A stretch of 64,000 nt of DNA, taken from the NCBI GenBank assembly GCA_003222945.1, contig QHXM01000063.1, positions 186-64,185 on the forward strand. Direction: 5' to 3'. Position 1 is the first letter of the stretch. Every line of letters starts with the position of its first letter. The DNA comes from Acidobacteriota bacterium (GTDB taxonomy: Bacteria > Acidobacteriota > Blastocatellia > Pyrinomonadales > Pyrinomonadaceae). The notes beneath the pieces are model-generated. The model was not told where the DNA came from. It saw nothing but the letters and a program-made list of their open reading frames with translations, and searched no databases. A program made the position numbers and the translations under genes. This document shows positions 27,801-35,390 of the stretch, in pieces.

Positions 27801-28426
27801 GCCGCAGGTGTAGTACCGCCGATTGTGTTGCCGCTGCACCCTGAGATGTTGATATTATAATCGTTGCTGGCCTTGGTTTGGCCGCTCGCATCGGTACCGA
27901 TGAAATTACCTGCGATGACATTATTGCCCTTGTTGTACAGTATGATTCCTTCTCCGCCTCCGCTGGCGACGTGAAAGTGATTGATGACGAGGCCGCGGAC
28001 GGTGCTCCCGCCTGCGTTGATGCTAAGCGCGAAAGAATTTGTACTGATCAGACTACCGTTAAGCTCTATGAGCAGCACTGCGTTGTCGCCCATTGCGAGC
28101 GTGTTCGGGCTTGTGCCCAGCTGCGTGTAGCCATCAATTATTACTGGGTCAGTGATGTTGGCAAACGGGGTCGGGGGACTGATGGTATGAACACCCGTGC
28201 CTGGAATGTTGAAGTCAATAGTGTCCAAGCCCGGGTTCGCGTTCGCATCCTTGATGGCTTTGCGAAGTGATCCAGGCGTAGGGTTCGAGTTGTCGCCGTT
28301 GTCGGCTGTGGTAGTTACGTGAAAGGTTGCAGCCTGCGCTATTCCTCCGAAGAGTAATACGAGGGCTATGATCGCCAGCGCGAAGACTGACTGGCTATGT
28401 CTGCTCTTTCTAATCTCTTGTCTCAT
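24842..28426 (-). CDS. 1194-aa secreted protein: signal peptide, parallel beta-helix repeats, about four Calx-beta domains, C-terminal DUF4214
   Basis: Start moved to the ATG at 28426 (AAGGAG 9 nt upstream; MRQEIRKSRHSQSVFALAIIALVLLFGGIAQA signal). Contains many GN.IGTD..G..AL.N...GI repeats and Calx-beta-like units (e.g. VTVSYATANGTATSQSDY...FEPDETFFVNLSNP). The tail FVRQQYHDFLNREPDAAGFQGW is typical of DUF4214. Confidence 0.85.
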   Translation of the reverse strand: MRQEIRKSRHSQSVFALAIIALVLLFGGIAQAATFHVTTTADNGDNSNPTPGSLRKAIKDANANPGLDTIDFNIPGTGVHTISPPTPFANITDPVIIDGYTQLGTSPNTLAMGDNAVLLIELNGSLISTNSFALSINAGGSTVRGLVINHFHVASGGGEGIILYNKGNNVIAGNFIGTDASGQTKASNDYNINISGCSGNTIGGTTPAARNIISGDASFSIYMTYAGATDNVIQGNFIGTDSSGTVALANNAYGIYMGGVSPSLSNNLIGGSAPGAGNLISGNSTGIWLDGSVSGVMVQGNLIGTDVTGKVALANSDGIQITATLPNVAKIGGTTPAERNIISGNKGSGINVGSQSSGVIISGNYIGTDITGMAALPNGGDGVLLSGSNNVVGGTSAGAGNYISANSSAGVHIAVGTGNLVMGNKIGYASDNITALGNAKDGVEVEIGASKNVIGGQAGNSIAFNGHSGVYIYNGTGNSISSNSITSNKGLGIDLGTTGVTLNDQGDGDTGANNQQNYPVITSVTTSGNSTTSQGFLDSTPGTQFSLEFFSNAQPNALGYGEGETYLGSLSVTTDAKGIANFSAQLPLVPSGRFVSATATNLTTGDTSEFSFSMPLGATTPSLSINDIQVTEGNSGQKRATFTVTLSSVYSLPVTVSYATANGTATSQSDYIFKTGALTFNPGQTSQSITVNVVGDTQFEPDETFFVNLSNPTNAAIAKSQGTCTIQNDDAAPAGTIAFSTSAYSINESGGQATITVKRTNGSFGAVSIQYATAAGGTATVGSDYTLTNGTLNWADGDTSDKTFTVTITDDQTNEPDETVNLILSNPMGGAQLGSTKTAVLTIIDNDPQPSTVQLEQPSYSVSEGSHFKLINVTRTGDTSKDAFVDYATSDGTASQRTDYTLLLGTLHFAPGETAKSLTLLVNEDSYVEGDETLTLTLSNPVGATLGAQSVAQVTVMDNDSDPKAANAIVDTQNFVRQQYHDFLNREPDAAGFQGWQDILSKCAPNDTKCDRIEVSSAFYRSQEFQTRGYFIYRFYSAVGRIPHYLEFMRDMQKVSGFLDPQQQEQAKVDFITEFMTRSEFQQKYGQIADAAAYVDAISAAAGVTPANRDQIVNQLQSNQLTRGQALRAIVESAEVYQKFYNQAFVVMQYFGYLRRDPDILYQQWIQILNQTNDYRILVNGFINSVEYDLRFGQ

Positions 28427-28491
28427 CTCTTTAGCATCTCCTTCGTAGATCAAATATCGTTGGCGTAAATTACGCGAAGAGAAAGAAGCAG

Positions 28492-28510
28492 TCACCGCCC
28501 ATGCGGGCAG
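28492..28510 (-). promoter_or_regulatory. box A: CTGCCCGCATGGGCGGTGA (minus-strand reading)
   Basis: 66 nt upstream of the 28426 start. One of five copies of CTAYCC-N4-GGGCGGTGA. Confidence 0.55.
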
Positions 28511-28555
28511 ATAGTTTCGCGCTCGAGCCATGCAAAATATTTGAAGAGAGAGTTT

Positions 28556-28574
28556 TCACCGCCTGTTCGGATAG
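28556..28574 (-). promoter_or_regulatory. box B: CTATCCGAACAGGCGGTGA
   Basis: 130 nt upstream of the 28426 start, 64 nt from box A. The most degenerate copy. Confidence 0.45.
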
Positions 28575-28597
28575 TTGCTGCGTTTGGCACTGCGTTT

Positions 28598-28642
28598 CGG
28601 AAAGGAAAAGGCCACCGCGGAGTTTGCATCTCACGCGGCGGC
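28598..28642 (-). terminator. intrinsic-terminator-like hairpin after the 90-aa gene
   Basis: Minus-strand GCCGCCGCG-loop-CGCGGTGGC (9 bp with one G-U that is valid only on this strand), followed by CTTTTCCTTTCC. Confidence 0.5.
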
Positions 28643-28715
28643 ATTAGGGGCAGGCAGTTCGTGGTAGGCTAAAAGGCAGGGGGAAACCTCGTGTCGTTCT
28701 GCTTGTTCTTCACAG

Positions 28716-28988
28716 TTAAAAAATTGACATTGGAGTCGAAGCCGTGCAGGTGTAAGACTGTCCGGGGTTACCAAGACCTTTGACGCTGTCGCCCGGCTTG
28801 AGCGCACTGTCCAACTCTATGACGCCCTTGTCGCCATCGCTCGAATTCCAGTTAATCTTGTGACCCTTCGGAAGCGTTTGGTGGGTCGTGTTGGTGATCC
28901 AGGGCGTTTTGGCAACGTCCTGTTGCGAGCCGGTATTGACGCATTTCAGTGCGACCGTCCTCACACGAATTTTGCTGTTATTGTTCAT
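28716..28988 (-). CDS. 90-aa hypothetical protein
   Basis: ATG start with its own upstream box C and downstream terminator. MNNNSKIRVRTVALKCVNTGSQ... has no signal peptide or recognised motif. Confidence 0.5.
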   Translation of the reverse strand: MNNNSKIRVRTVALKCVNTGSQQDVAKTPWITNTTHQTLPKGHKINWNSSDGDKGVIELDSALKPGDSVKGLGNPGQSYTCTASTPMSIF

Positions 28989-29068
28989 GACGCTTGCGGC
29001 GTCAGTTGTGTTCTTTCAAAACTTTCGGCTTGCGACGGCACACAGATTCGCAGAGATCAAGCGAAGTG

Positions 29069-29087
29069 TCACCGCCCGTATGGGTAG
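29069..29087 (-). promoter_or_regulatory. box C: CTACCCATACGGGCGGTGA
   Basis: 81 nt upstream of the 28988 start and downstream of the hairpin that ends the regulator gene. Confidence 0.55.
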
Positions 29088-29154
29088 CAATGTGAAAAGA
29101 TTTTTGAAGGTGAAAAATGGGGGCGATAAGTGATTGGGCAGGACGTAGTGTGGA

Positions 29155-29222
29155 AGTCCAAAGTCCAAGGTCCAAAGTCAAACGGCTCTTGCCTTGAGAC
29201 ATTGGACATTCGACATTGGACT
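29155..29222. repeat. AGTCCAA-word imperfect hairpin at the 3' end of the response-regulator gene
   Basis: AGTCCAAAGTCCAAGGTCCAAAGTC ... GACATTGGACATTCGACATTGGACT. The right end touches the stop codon at 29222. Confidence 0.55.
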
Positions 29223-29908
29223 TAATTAACTAATCTATCGCGCAGGGCTTTCGCTACGGCTTCGCTCTTTGAATGGACCTGAAGCTTGTCGTAGATGTTG
29301 CGCATGTGGAATTTGATTGTGTTGATGCTCACACCCAACTCTTCGGCGGACGTTGTGTAGTTGTGCCCGTCAACCAGAAGTTTCAGCAGGCGCGTTTCGT
29401 GCGGCGTGAGTTCGTAATCGGCGCGCTCAGGGGGTCGTATGTCACGAAAGAGAGTGATGACGCGGGAGGCTACTTCTGGAGACATAGGAGCGCCGCCCGT
29501 CACAGCCTCTTTAAGACACTCAAGAAGCCGTGCGGGACTTGTTCTCTTCAATAAATAGCCGCACGCTCCGGCGCAAAGGGCGTCGAATATGCGGTCGTCG
29601 TCGTCATAGACCGTCAATATCAGGATGAGCATTTCCGGGTATCGCTCTTTCAGTATTTTGATGCCCTGGATACCGTCCATTCCGGGCAAGCCTATGTCTG
29701 ACAGAACAACGTCCGGCATCTCGCGGCTTATCTGCGCCAATGCCTCTTCCATAGAGCGATAGCTGCCCGTGCAGTGATAGCCTTCCGTTCCGTTTATAAG
29801 CATCGCCAGACCTTCGCGTATGTCGCGCTGGTCCTCTACGATTGCAGTTTTGATGAGCGATTTAGTGTCCATTCCGATTATTGCGTTGCCGGTTTGCATT
29901 AACTTCAT
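29222..29908 (-). CDS. NarL/FixJ-family response regulator (receiver + LuxR-type HTH)
   Basis: Receiver with VEDQ...VVLSDIGLPGMDG. C-terminal LTPHETRLLKLLVDGHNYTTSAEELGVSINTIKFHMRNIYDKL is a LuxR HTH. Confidence 0.9.
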   Translation of the reverse strand: MKLMQTGNAIIGMDTKSLIKTAIVEDQRDIREGLAMLINGTEGYHCTGSYRSMEEALAQISREMPDVVLSDIGLPGMDGIQGIKILKERYPEMLILILTVYDDDDRIFDALCAGACGYLLKRTSPARLLECLKEAVTGGAPMSPEVASRVITLFRDIRPPERADYELTPHETRLLKLLVDGHNYTTSAEELGVSINTIKFHMRNIYDKLQVHSKSEAVAKALRDRLVN

Positions 29909-29965
29909 AAGCTCCCTTCGCTCGTCTGCGAACCTTATGGAGCATACGCCTCAAACTCTCATGCA

Positions 29966-29984
29966 TCACCGCCCGTTCGGGTAG
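29966..29984 (-). promoter_or_regulatory. box D: CTACCCGAACGGGCGGTGA
   Basis: 58 nt upstream of the regulator start. Its TGA is the stop codon of the kinase ORF. Confidence 0.55.
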
Positions 29985-32900
29985 GGAGTTTCAAAAGATG
30001 AGAGATGGCCGAGCGGAACTTTCAGGGTGATGCTAGTCCCCTCGCCCGGTCTTGAGTCTATCTCGAAGGAGCCGCCCAAATCTTCTGCGCGCCTGCGCAT
30101 ACTTATAAGACCGTTGCCGCCCTTTGAATAACCGGCGTGCTCTGAGACCTCTTTTACGTCAAAGCCTTTTCCATTATCGCTCAATTTCAGAATGAGCCAG
30201 CCAGCCTCCGGGTAAAACTCTATACCGGCTTCGGTGCAGCCGGAATGCCTTGCGATGTTGTTGACGCTCTCCTTGAAGATAAGGAAAAGCTCGCGGCGCA
30301 CGTTTGCGCCTAGCTGTATGCCGCCGTCTGCGTGGGGCGCTCGCAAACTGAAACGTATCTTGCACGACGAAAAGATGTCGCTCGCAAAGCGTCGCATCCT
30401 CTGAAGAAGATCGCTCAGATGATCCTTCTTAGGGTTGATCGCCCAGACGATGTCGCTCATTGCCTCGACCAACTCGTTCGAGACGGCGGTTATCTTCGTC
30501 AGTGGCTCTGCGAGGCGTCCATCGTTGCCGTTCATCTGCTGTTGTGCGACTTCGCTGAGGATGACTATCTGCGTGAGGCTCGCGCCTATGTCGTCGTGCA
30601 GGTCTGTGGCTATGCGCGTGCGCACGCGCTCCAACTCGCGCAGGCGTTCTTCGCGCGCTCTGAGCAGTGCCTCCTCTGCCTGCTTGCGCTCTATGAGTTG
30701 TCCGATTTGAGCGCCAACATTAGACATCCTGCCATTTTGCGAAGGTGTGTTGAATCGTTCTGGCACTAAAGTCGTCGAAAGAGCGCGGAGGCCAGACATC
30801 CTGACAGCGCAGCCGCTCGCTATCTTCATCAACGTTCCAGATGACACCTATGTCCCAATTGAAGACCTTACAGATCGCCTCAAGAATCTTGGGCGCAGCT
30901 TCATGCGGCGTCGTGGCTTCAGCCAGAATGCTCGTCACCTCATATTCAAGCTCAAGCACACGGTTGGCTTTACTTAACTCCGAGCGCTGCTCTGTGAGCG
31001 TTTCAGTCAGGAGCCTGGATTCCGTGAGCGCCGCGTCCAGTTCCTTCATTCGATTGGCGCGATAGCGGTCGAGCGCTATGACAATTGAGCCGACAAAGAA
31101 CGCGGCCAGCGCGAGAAACCACCAGCGCTGCCAGACGGGCGGCCAGATTGTGAAGGTGATGCTGGCAGGCGCGAGGCTCTCTATGCCCTCGGCGTTTACT
31201 GCGCGCACAAGAAAACGGTAAGTTCCGGGCGCGAGCCGGGCATAGCTCACTGTGCGCTCTGTCGAAGGCGCGCTCCAATCCCGGTCCGCGCCTTCAAGCT
31301 TGTACTGGTAAAGCAGCGTTCCGCCCGTGTTGAAATCTATGCCGAAGAACTCTATCTGCAAATTGCTCTGCGTGGGCGAGAGTTCTAGCGAGTTGATTTC
31401 AGTGCTGCCAAGTTCAGGAAGGGCGCGGCTCTCGCCAGCGATGCGTAGCGCCCCTAATCTGATGGGCGGCGGCGTCAACTGAAGTTCAGGCTCAGGCACG
31501 AGCCGCGACAATCCGTTTGGCGTGCCGAACCAGATTGCGCCGGTACGGTCCCTGTAGGCGACGTTGACGAAATCTCCAACCAGTCCTTCTCTGACCGAAT
31601 AGTGCTGTATGCGCTTGGCGTCGCGCGAGAGGCGATCCACGCCGCGCGCCGTGCCTGCGTAGATGTTGCCGTAAAGGTCTTCTGTGATGGAGCGGACATT
31701 GTTGCTCGACAGCCCGTTGCTAGTGTTGTAAGTGATGAAGCCGGGATGCTCTGCATTCGTATCATCAACGCGGCTCAAACCATTGTCGGACGAAGCAATC
31801 CATAACCTACTCTGGCTGTCTAAATAGAGGGCTGTGATAAGTCCGCGAGGCAAACCGTCTGCGGTCGTAAATTCCCTGAAGCTTCCAGACGAATAACGCG
31901 CCATCCCGCCCTGATAGAAGCCTAGCCACAGATTGCCGTTGCGGTCCTCGGCAAACGACGAGACAGCTTTGTCCGTGCGGAAGCCATCCGAATCGGACAA
32001 GGCGTGAAATTTTTTCGTGGCACGGTCCCATACGGACAATCCGTTTCGTCCTCCGGCTTCGCCGCGCGTGCTGATCCACAGGTTGCCCTTCGAGTCTTCG
32101 AACATGTGGAACATCATGCTGCCACTTAATCCGTCGCCCATCGTATAGACAGCAAGCGGGCGCTCGTGTGCCAGAGCGTTGAAGTCTTCTGAAGCGGCGA
32201 ATTGGTAGAGCTTGCCGTTCGTGAGAAACCACCACTCGCCCGTGTGGTCCTGAAAGGCTGTGTTAGAAGTCCAGACAGCCTTCGCGTCCGGCGATAACTG
32301 CGGGTGAATCGTTCGGAAACCTTTGCCGTCAAACTCGCTCAGGAAATAATGGTCCTCCGCGACATAGAGCTTATGGCCAACGGTTTCTCCTATGGCGAGA
32401 ATCGGAAAATTTTTTAAGCCGTCGGCGTCGCCATAAGTGCTGATGCCGTGGCGCTCCAACCGCATAAGACCCGTAGTCCAGCCGAGCCAGAGATTTCCGC
32501 CTGTGTCCTCGACCATCGGACCGAAGCCTTTCTGCAAACCCTGCGCGGTGGTATGGGTCAGAGAGTTCACTAATCGGCTCCGGCTTTATAATGTAGATGC
32601 CGGATGCGCGTCCGGCCCAGATTAGACCCGTGCGATCTTCGAGTATGGAAAGTCCGCTCGACATGCGCTGCCCGAAGTCTGCGCTATAAAGAATCTCCCG
32701 CCCGTCCGGCAGCCGACGCATGACACCCAATGAAGTGGCGAGCCACAGGCTTCCGTCCTTTCCTTCGCACATGGTGACGATGTCGAACTTGCCGGAGGCA
32801 TCGGCGGGCAGGTTCAATTCAACCTTGCGCTCAGAGACTTTTCCGTCCTCCTCTTCCAGAAGAGAGAGAGCGCCGCCGCCTATCCACAGATTGCCCTCGC

Positions 32901-33336
32901 GGTCTTCGTAGATACTGGCACGGTCGATGTCTACGCGCTCGGCGTTGAGAGTCGGGCGGTCAGTGTCCGAGGTCTTATCAGCGACGGGAATGGCGTTTGG
33001 GTCGAAGCGGTAAACGCCGCCCGTCGTACTAATCCAGTAGATGCCTTTGCGCGTCTCGAAAATCTGTTCGATGCCGGGTGGCGAGTCCTGATTGCCGACC
33101 TGATAGGTGACGAAGCGCGCACCGTCGAAACGGCTCAACCCGTCGCGCGTGCAGAACCACAGGAAGCCGTGCGAGTCGCGCATTAGAAAGTTGATGAAGT
33201 TACTGCCGAGGCCGTCAGCCGAGGTGTAGCTCCTGACGGGCAGCCGTTCGGCGTGCGCGACATCGAACGACACGACCAGCATCGCGCATAAGAACAGAAG
33301 AGAGAGAACGGGGCTGCGCCTCTTGGTAACGCTCAC
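29966..33336 (-). pseudogene. beta-propeller (Reg_prop)/Y_Y_Y/TM/GAF/HisKA_3/HATPase sensor histidine kinase split into three ORFs
   Basis: ORFs 32371-33336 (signal peptide plus propeller repeats), 30720-32570 (propeller, Y_Y_Y-like, TM WWFLALAAFFVGSIVIAL, GAF start) and 29966-30847 (H-box ATDLHDDIG, HATPase GGNGLISMRRR). Frame change at about 32571-32588. The second junction, at about 30735-30745, truncates the GAF domain. Confidence 0.75.
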
Positions 33337-33430
33337 AGAGTCTCCTCAAGCACGAGGGTAAGAACGTAAGGCTGGACCTGTTAATACTACGGCGCTGAAG
33401 TTTTACATAAGTAGCGGAAAGGTTCAACTT

Positions 33431-33570
33431 AAAAGCAGAATTCAGAAGCCAGAATGGGAAAGGGCCGCAAGCCAGTTTTCAGTTTTCAGTTTTAGTTTTG
33501 AGTTACGAGCCTTCTGAAAACTCAACACTGAAAGCTACTCTATTTATTCTGAATTCTGTATTCTGCTTTT
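33431..33570. repeat. composite palindromic element: CAGAAT-type outer element with nested GAAAACT-type hairpin
   Basis: AAAAGCAGAATTCAGAAGCCAGAATGGG...[CAGTTTTCAGTTTTCAGTTTTAGTTTTGAGTTACGAGCCTTCTGAAAACTCAACACTGAAA]...TTATTCTGAATTCTGTATTCTGCTTTT. Near-identical, in reverse orientation, to 58104-58244. Confidence 0.8.
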
Positions 33571-33575
33571 TTCTC

Positions 33576-33911
33576 TCAAGGCATTCTGTGCTCGCCTGAG
33601 ATTGTGAATCGCGCGGCCTCTTTGCCTCCTGCGCGCAACCAACTGAAAAATCGTTTTAGGGAGAGCCTGATCGTAGATTGCTGTGGGCGCGCCTGCGTCC
33701 TTTCGAGTTGTTCAGCCTCTGTGACAAGCTGACGAAAAGTGTAATATTCCTCGTCTGTGATTGCATCGAACAGGTCTTCGTCCATGTTCTCCATTGTGCG
33801 CGAGGTCGTGCAGATGGCGAATAGTGTTGCGCCCGCCGGAACATCCTCGCGCCTGTCCACGACGGCGAAATTAAGATAACGCGGTTGGCCTGTGGCATAG
33901 ATGACTCTCAT
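33576..33911 (-). CDS. 111-aa hypothetical protein
   Basis: ATG start with box E upstream. Acidic middle (MENMDEDLFDAITDEEYY). No family recognised. Confidence 0.5.
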   Translation of the reverse strand: MRVIYATGQPRYLNFAVVDRREDVPAGATLFAICTTSRTMENMDEDLFDAITDEEYYTFRQLVTEAEQLERTQARPQQSTIRLSLKRFFSWLRAGGKEAARFTISGEHRMP

Positions 33912-34012
33912 AACTATCCTCTGCCAGAGCCGGATAAAATTTCCTTGAGCGAGCTACTCAAACCGAATCCGTCAACTGACAATGAATAATTACACTACCG
34001 AAAGGAAGAGAG

Positions 34013-34031
34013 TCACCGCCCATGTGGGTAG
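34013..34031 (-). promoter_or_regulatory. box E: CTACCCACATGGGCGGTGA
   Basis: 102 nt upstream of the 33911 start. Confidence 0.55.
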
Positions 34032-34035
34032 TAAT

Positions 34036-34113
34036 CGAATGCGGAATGCGGATTGAAAAGCAAATGCTTCCGTCTTCTTAAATCCACAATCCGAAATCCG
34101 CATTCCGAAATCG
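34036..34113. repeat. GAATGCGG-word hairpin at the 3' end of puuD
   Basis: CGAATGCGGAATGCGGATTGAAAAG ... AATCCACAATCCGAAATCCGCATTCCGAAATCG. A degenerate half-copy lies at about 42421-42475. Confidence 0.65.
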
Positions 34114-34929
34114 TCAGGCTCTTCTGATAAACTTCGCAGCGATCCAGCCGAGCAGTATAAGAACAGAAGCAATGATCCAGTTGTAGCGGCTGCCGTAGGT
34201 GTTCGCGTAGTGATTGCTAATCATCAGGAAGACTGTGGGGACGACCATGAAGGTGTTGTGCTTGGAGCTAAGTTTCGCGCGCGCGCCAAGCCGTGCGTCC
34301 ACTTCGCGCCCCTCTTTTGTCGCCGCAATCATGCGCTTCTGTGCCGGTAAGATTCTCATCCAGACATTCGACACCATGATCGTTCCGAACATCGCGCCCA
34401 AGTGAAGATAAGCCCAGCGCCCGCTCAGCACGTGAGTCAAACCATAGGTTGCGCCTACGACGAGAATGTAAGCGACGACGGCAAACAATATCTCGTTCCT
34501 GCCTAGCGGCGACCGGACCAGCAAATCATAGACAACCCAGCCGACGACGAGCGTGCCTATGCCTATAAGGATGGCCGTAGAGCCTTTGATGTCCAGCACG
34601 TCCGGGTCAACGATGCCTGAGCCGCCGCCCAGGTAGGCCATCAGCGTTAGAAGCAGAAAGCCGCTTATCCAAGTCATCGCGGCCTCCCAGCGAAACCAGT
34701 GCAGGGAGCGCGTGCCCGGCCTCTTCTCCTTCTCTACAACGTAGAAGCCGCCGCTGTGAACCATCCAGACCTGCGCCTTCTCGTCGCCGCCACTCTTCTC
34801 TTCTTCATGAAGGCGCGCGTCGAGCCAGGTGAAATAGTAGGTCGTCCCAACCCACATGATGGCCGCGAAGACGTGCACCCAGCGAAAGATTAGATTGAGC
34901 CAGAGGTTCAACTCAGGATTAATGTCCAT
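34114..34929 (-). CDS. puuD: urate hydroxylase PuuD-like membrane protein (DUF989)
   Basis: Start moved to the ATG at 34929, 4 nt after the uraH stop. LNLIFRWVHVFAAIMWVGTTYYFTWLDARL and several TMs match my recollection of the PuuD/DUF989 family, and it sits in a purine-catabolic operon. Confidence 0.65.
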   Translation of the reverse strand: MDINPELNLWLNLIFRWVHVFAAIMWVGTTYYFTWLDARLHEEEKSGGDEKAQVWMVHSGGFYVVEKEKRPGTRSLHWFRWEAAMTWISGFLLLTLMAYLGGGSGIVDPDVLDIKGSTAILIGIGTLVVGWVVYDLLVRSPLGRNEILFAVVAYILVVGATYGLTHVLSGRWAYLHLGAMFGTIMVSNVWMRILPAQKRMIAATKEGREVDARLGARAKLSSKHNTFMVVPTVFLMISNHYANTYGSRYNWIIASVLILLGWIAAKFIRRA

Positions 34930-34933
34930 CCAA

Positions 34934-35278
34934 TTAGCTCCCGCGATACGTGGAATAGCCGAACGGATTGAGAAGTAGCGGAACGTGGTAATGCTCGTCT
35001 GCATCATGAACGAGAAAGACTACGGCAACGTGCGGATAGAAACTTCTAACGCTCCTTGCGTCGAAATAAGTTGCCGTATCAAAGACCAGGCGATAGACGC
35101 CCGGCTGCAAATCGAAATCATCCGGCAACAAATCCTTGAGTCGGCCATCCGCATCAGTCACACCTGACGAAAGCTCACGCCAGCCTCCGTCCTCTTCCTG
35201 CACATCCAAATGCACAGGCACACCCGCTGCCGGATGACCTTGCGAAGTATCAAGCACATGAGTAGTGATTGCGCTCAT
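34934..35278 (-). CDS. uraH: 5-hydroxyisourate hydrolase (transthyretin-like)
   Basis: ITTHVLDTSQGHPAAGV start and diagnostic C-terminal YSTYRGS; 114 aa. Confidence 0.9.
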   Translation of the reverse strand: MSAITTHVLDTSQGHPAAGVPVHLDVQEEDGGWRELSSGVTDADGRLKDLLPDDFDLQPGVYRLVFDTATYFDARSVRSFYPHVAVVFLVHDADEHYHVPLLLNPFGYSTYRGS

Positions 35279-35282
35279 ATCT

Positions 35283-35390
35283 AAAAGCAGAATTCAGGAG
35301 TCCGCAATTCAGAAGTCAGAAGGGATAAGGCTGAGAATCGTTTCTGTTTTTATTCTGAGTCTTGTGTTCCGAGTTCTGTATTCTGCCTTT
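35283..35390. repeat. CAGAAT-type palindromic element
   Basis: AAAAGCAGAATTCAGGAGTCCGCAATTCAGAAGTCAGAAGGGATAAGGCTGAG...TTATTCTGAGTCTTGTGTTCCGAGTTCTGTATTCTGCCTTT. The right arm encodes the last 13 codons of uraD, and the left end lies 4 nt from the uraH ATG. Confidence 0.8.

Noticed and set aside
28492-28510. Reading the GGGCGGTGA box as a sigma54 -24/-12 promoter
   Set aside because: The GG-to-GC spacing in box A is 8-9 nt instead of 10, and the downstream GC is not conserved in boxes C, D and E.
28427-28531. Upstream extension of the giant protein to ATG 28531
   Set aside because: The extension covers box A and has no signal peptide. The ATG at 28426 has an AAGGAG RBS and is followed directly by a signal peptide.
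32571-32588. Programmed ribosomal frameshift in the sensor kinase (and in lepB at 56299-56320)
   Set aside because: There is no slippery heptamer or downstream stimulatory structure, and the second kinase junction and lepB also appear to have lost sequence. That points to mutation or assembly error.
34930-35007. Upstream extension of puuD overlapping uraH by 74 nt
   Set aside because: The internal ATG at 34929 lies 4 nt after the uraH stop and starts the conserved membrane domain.
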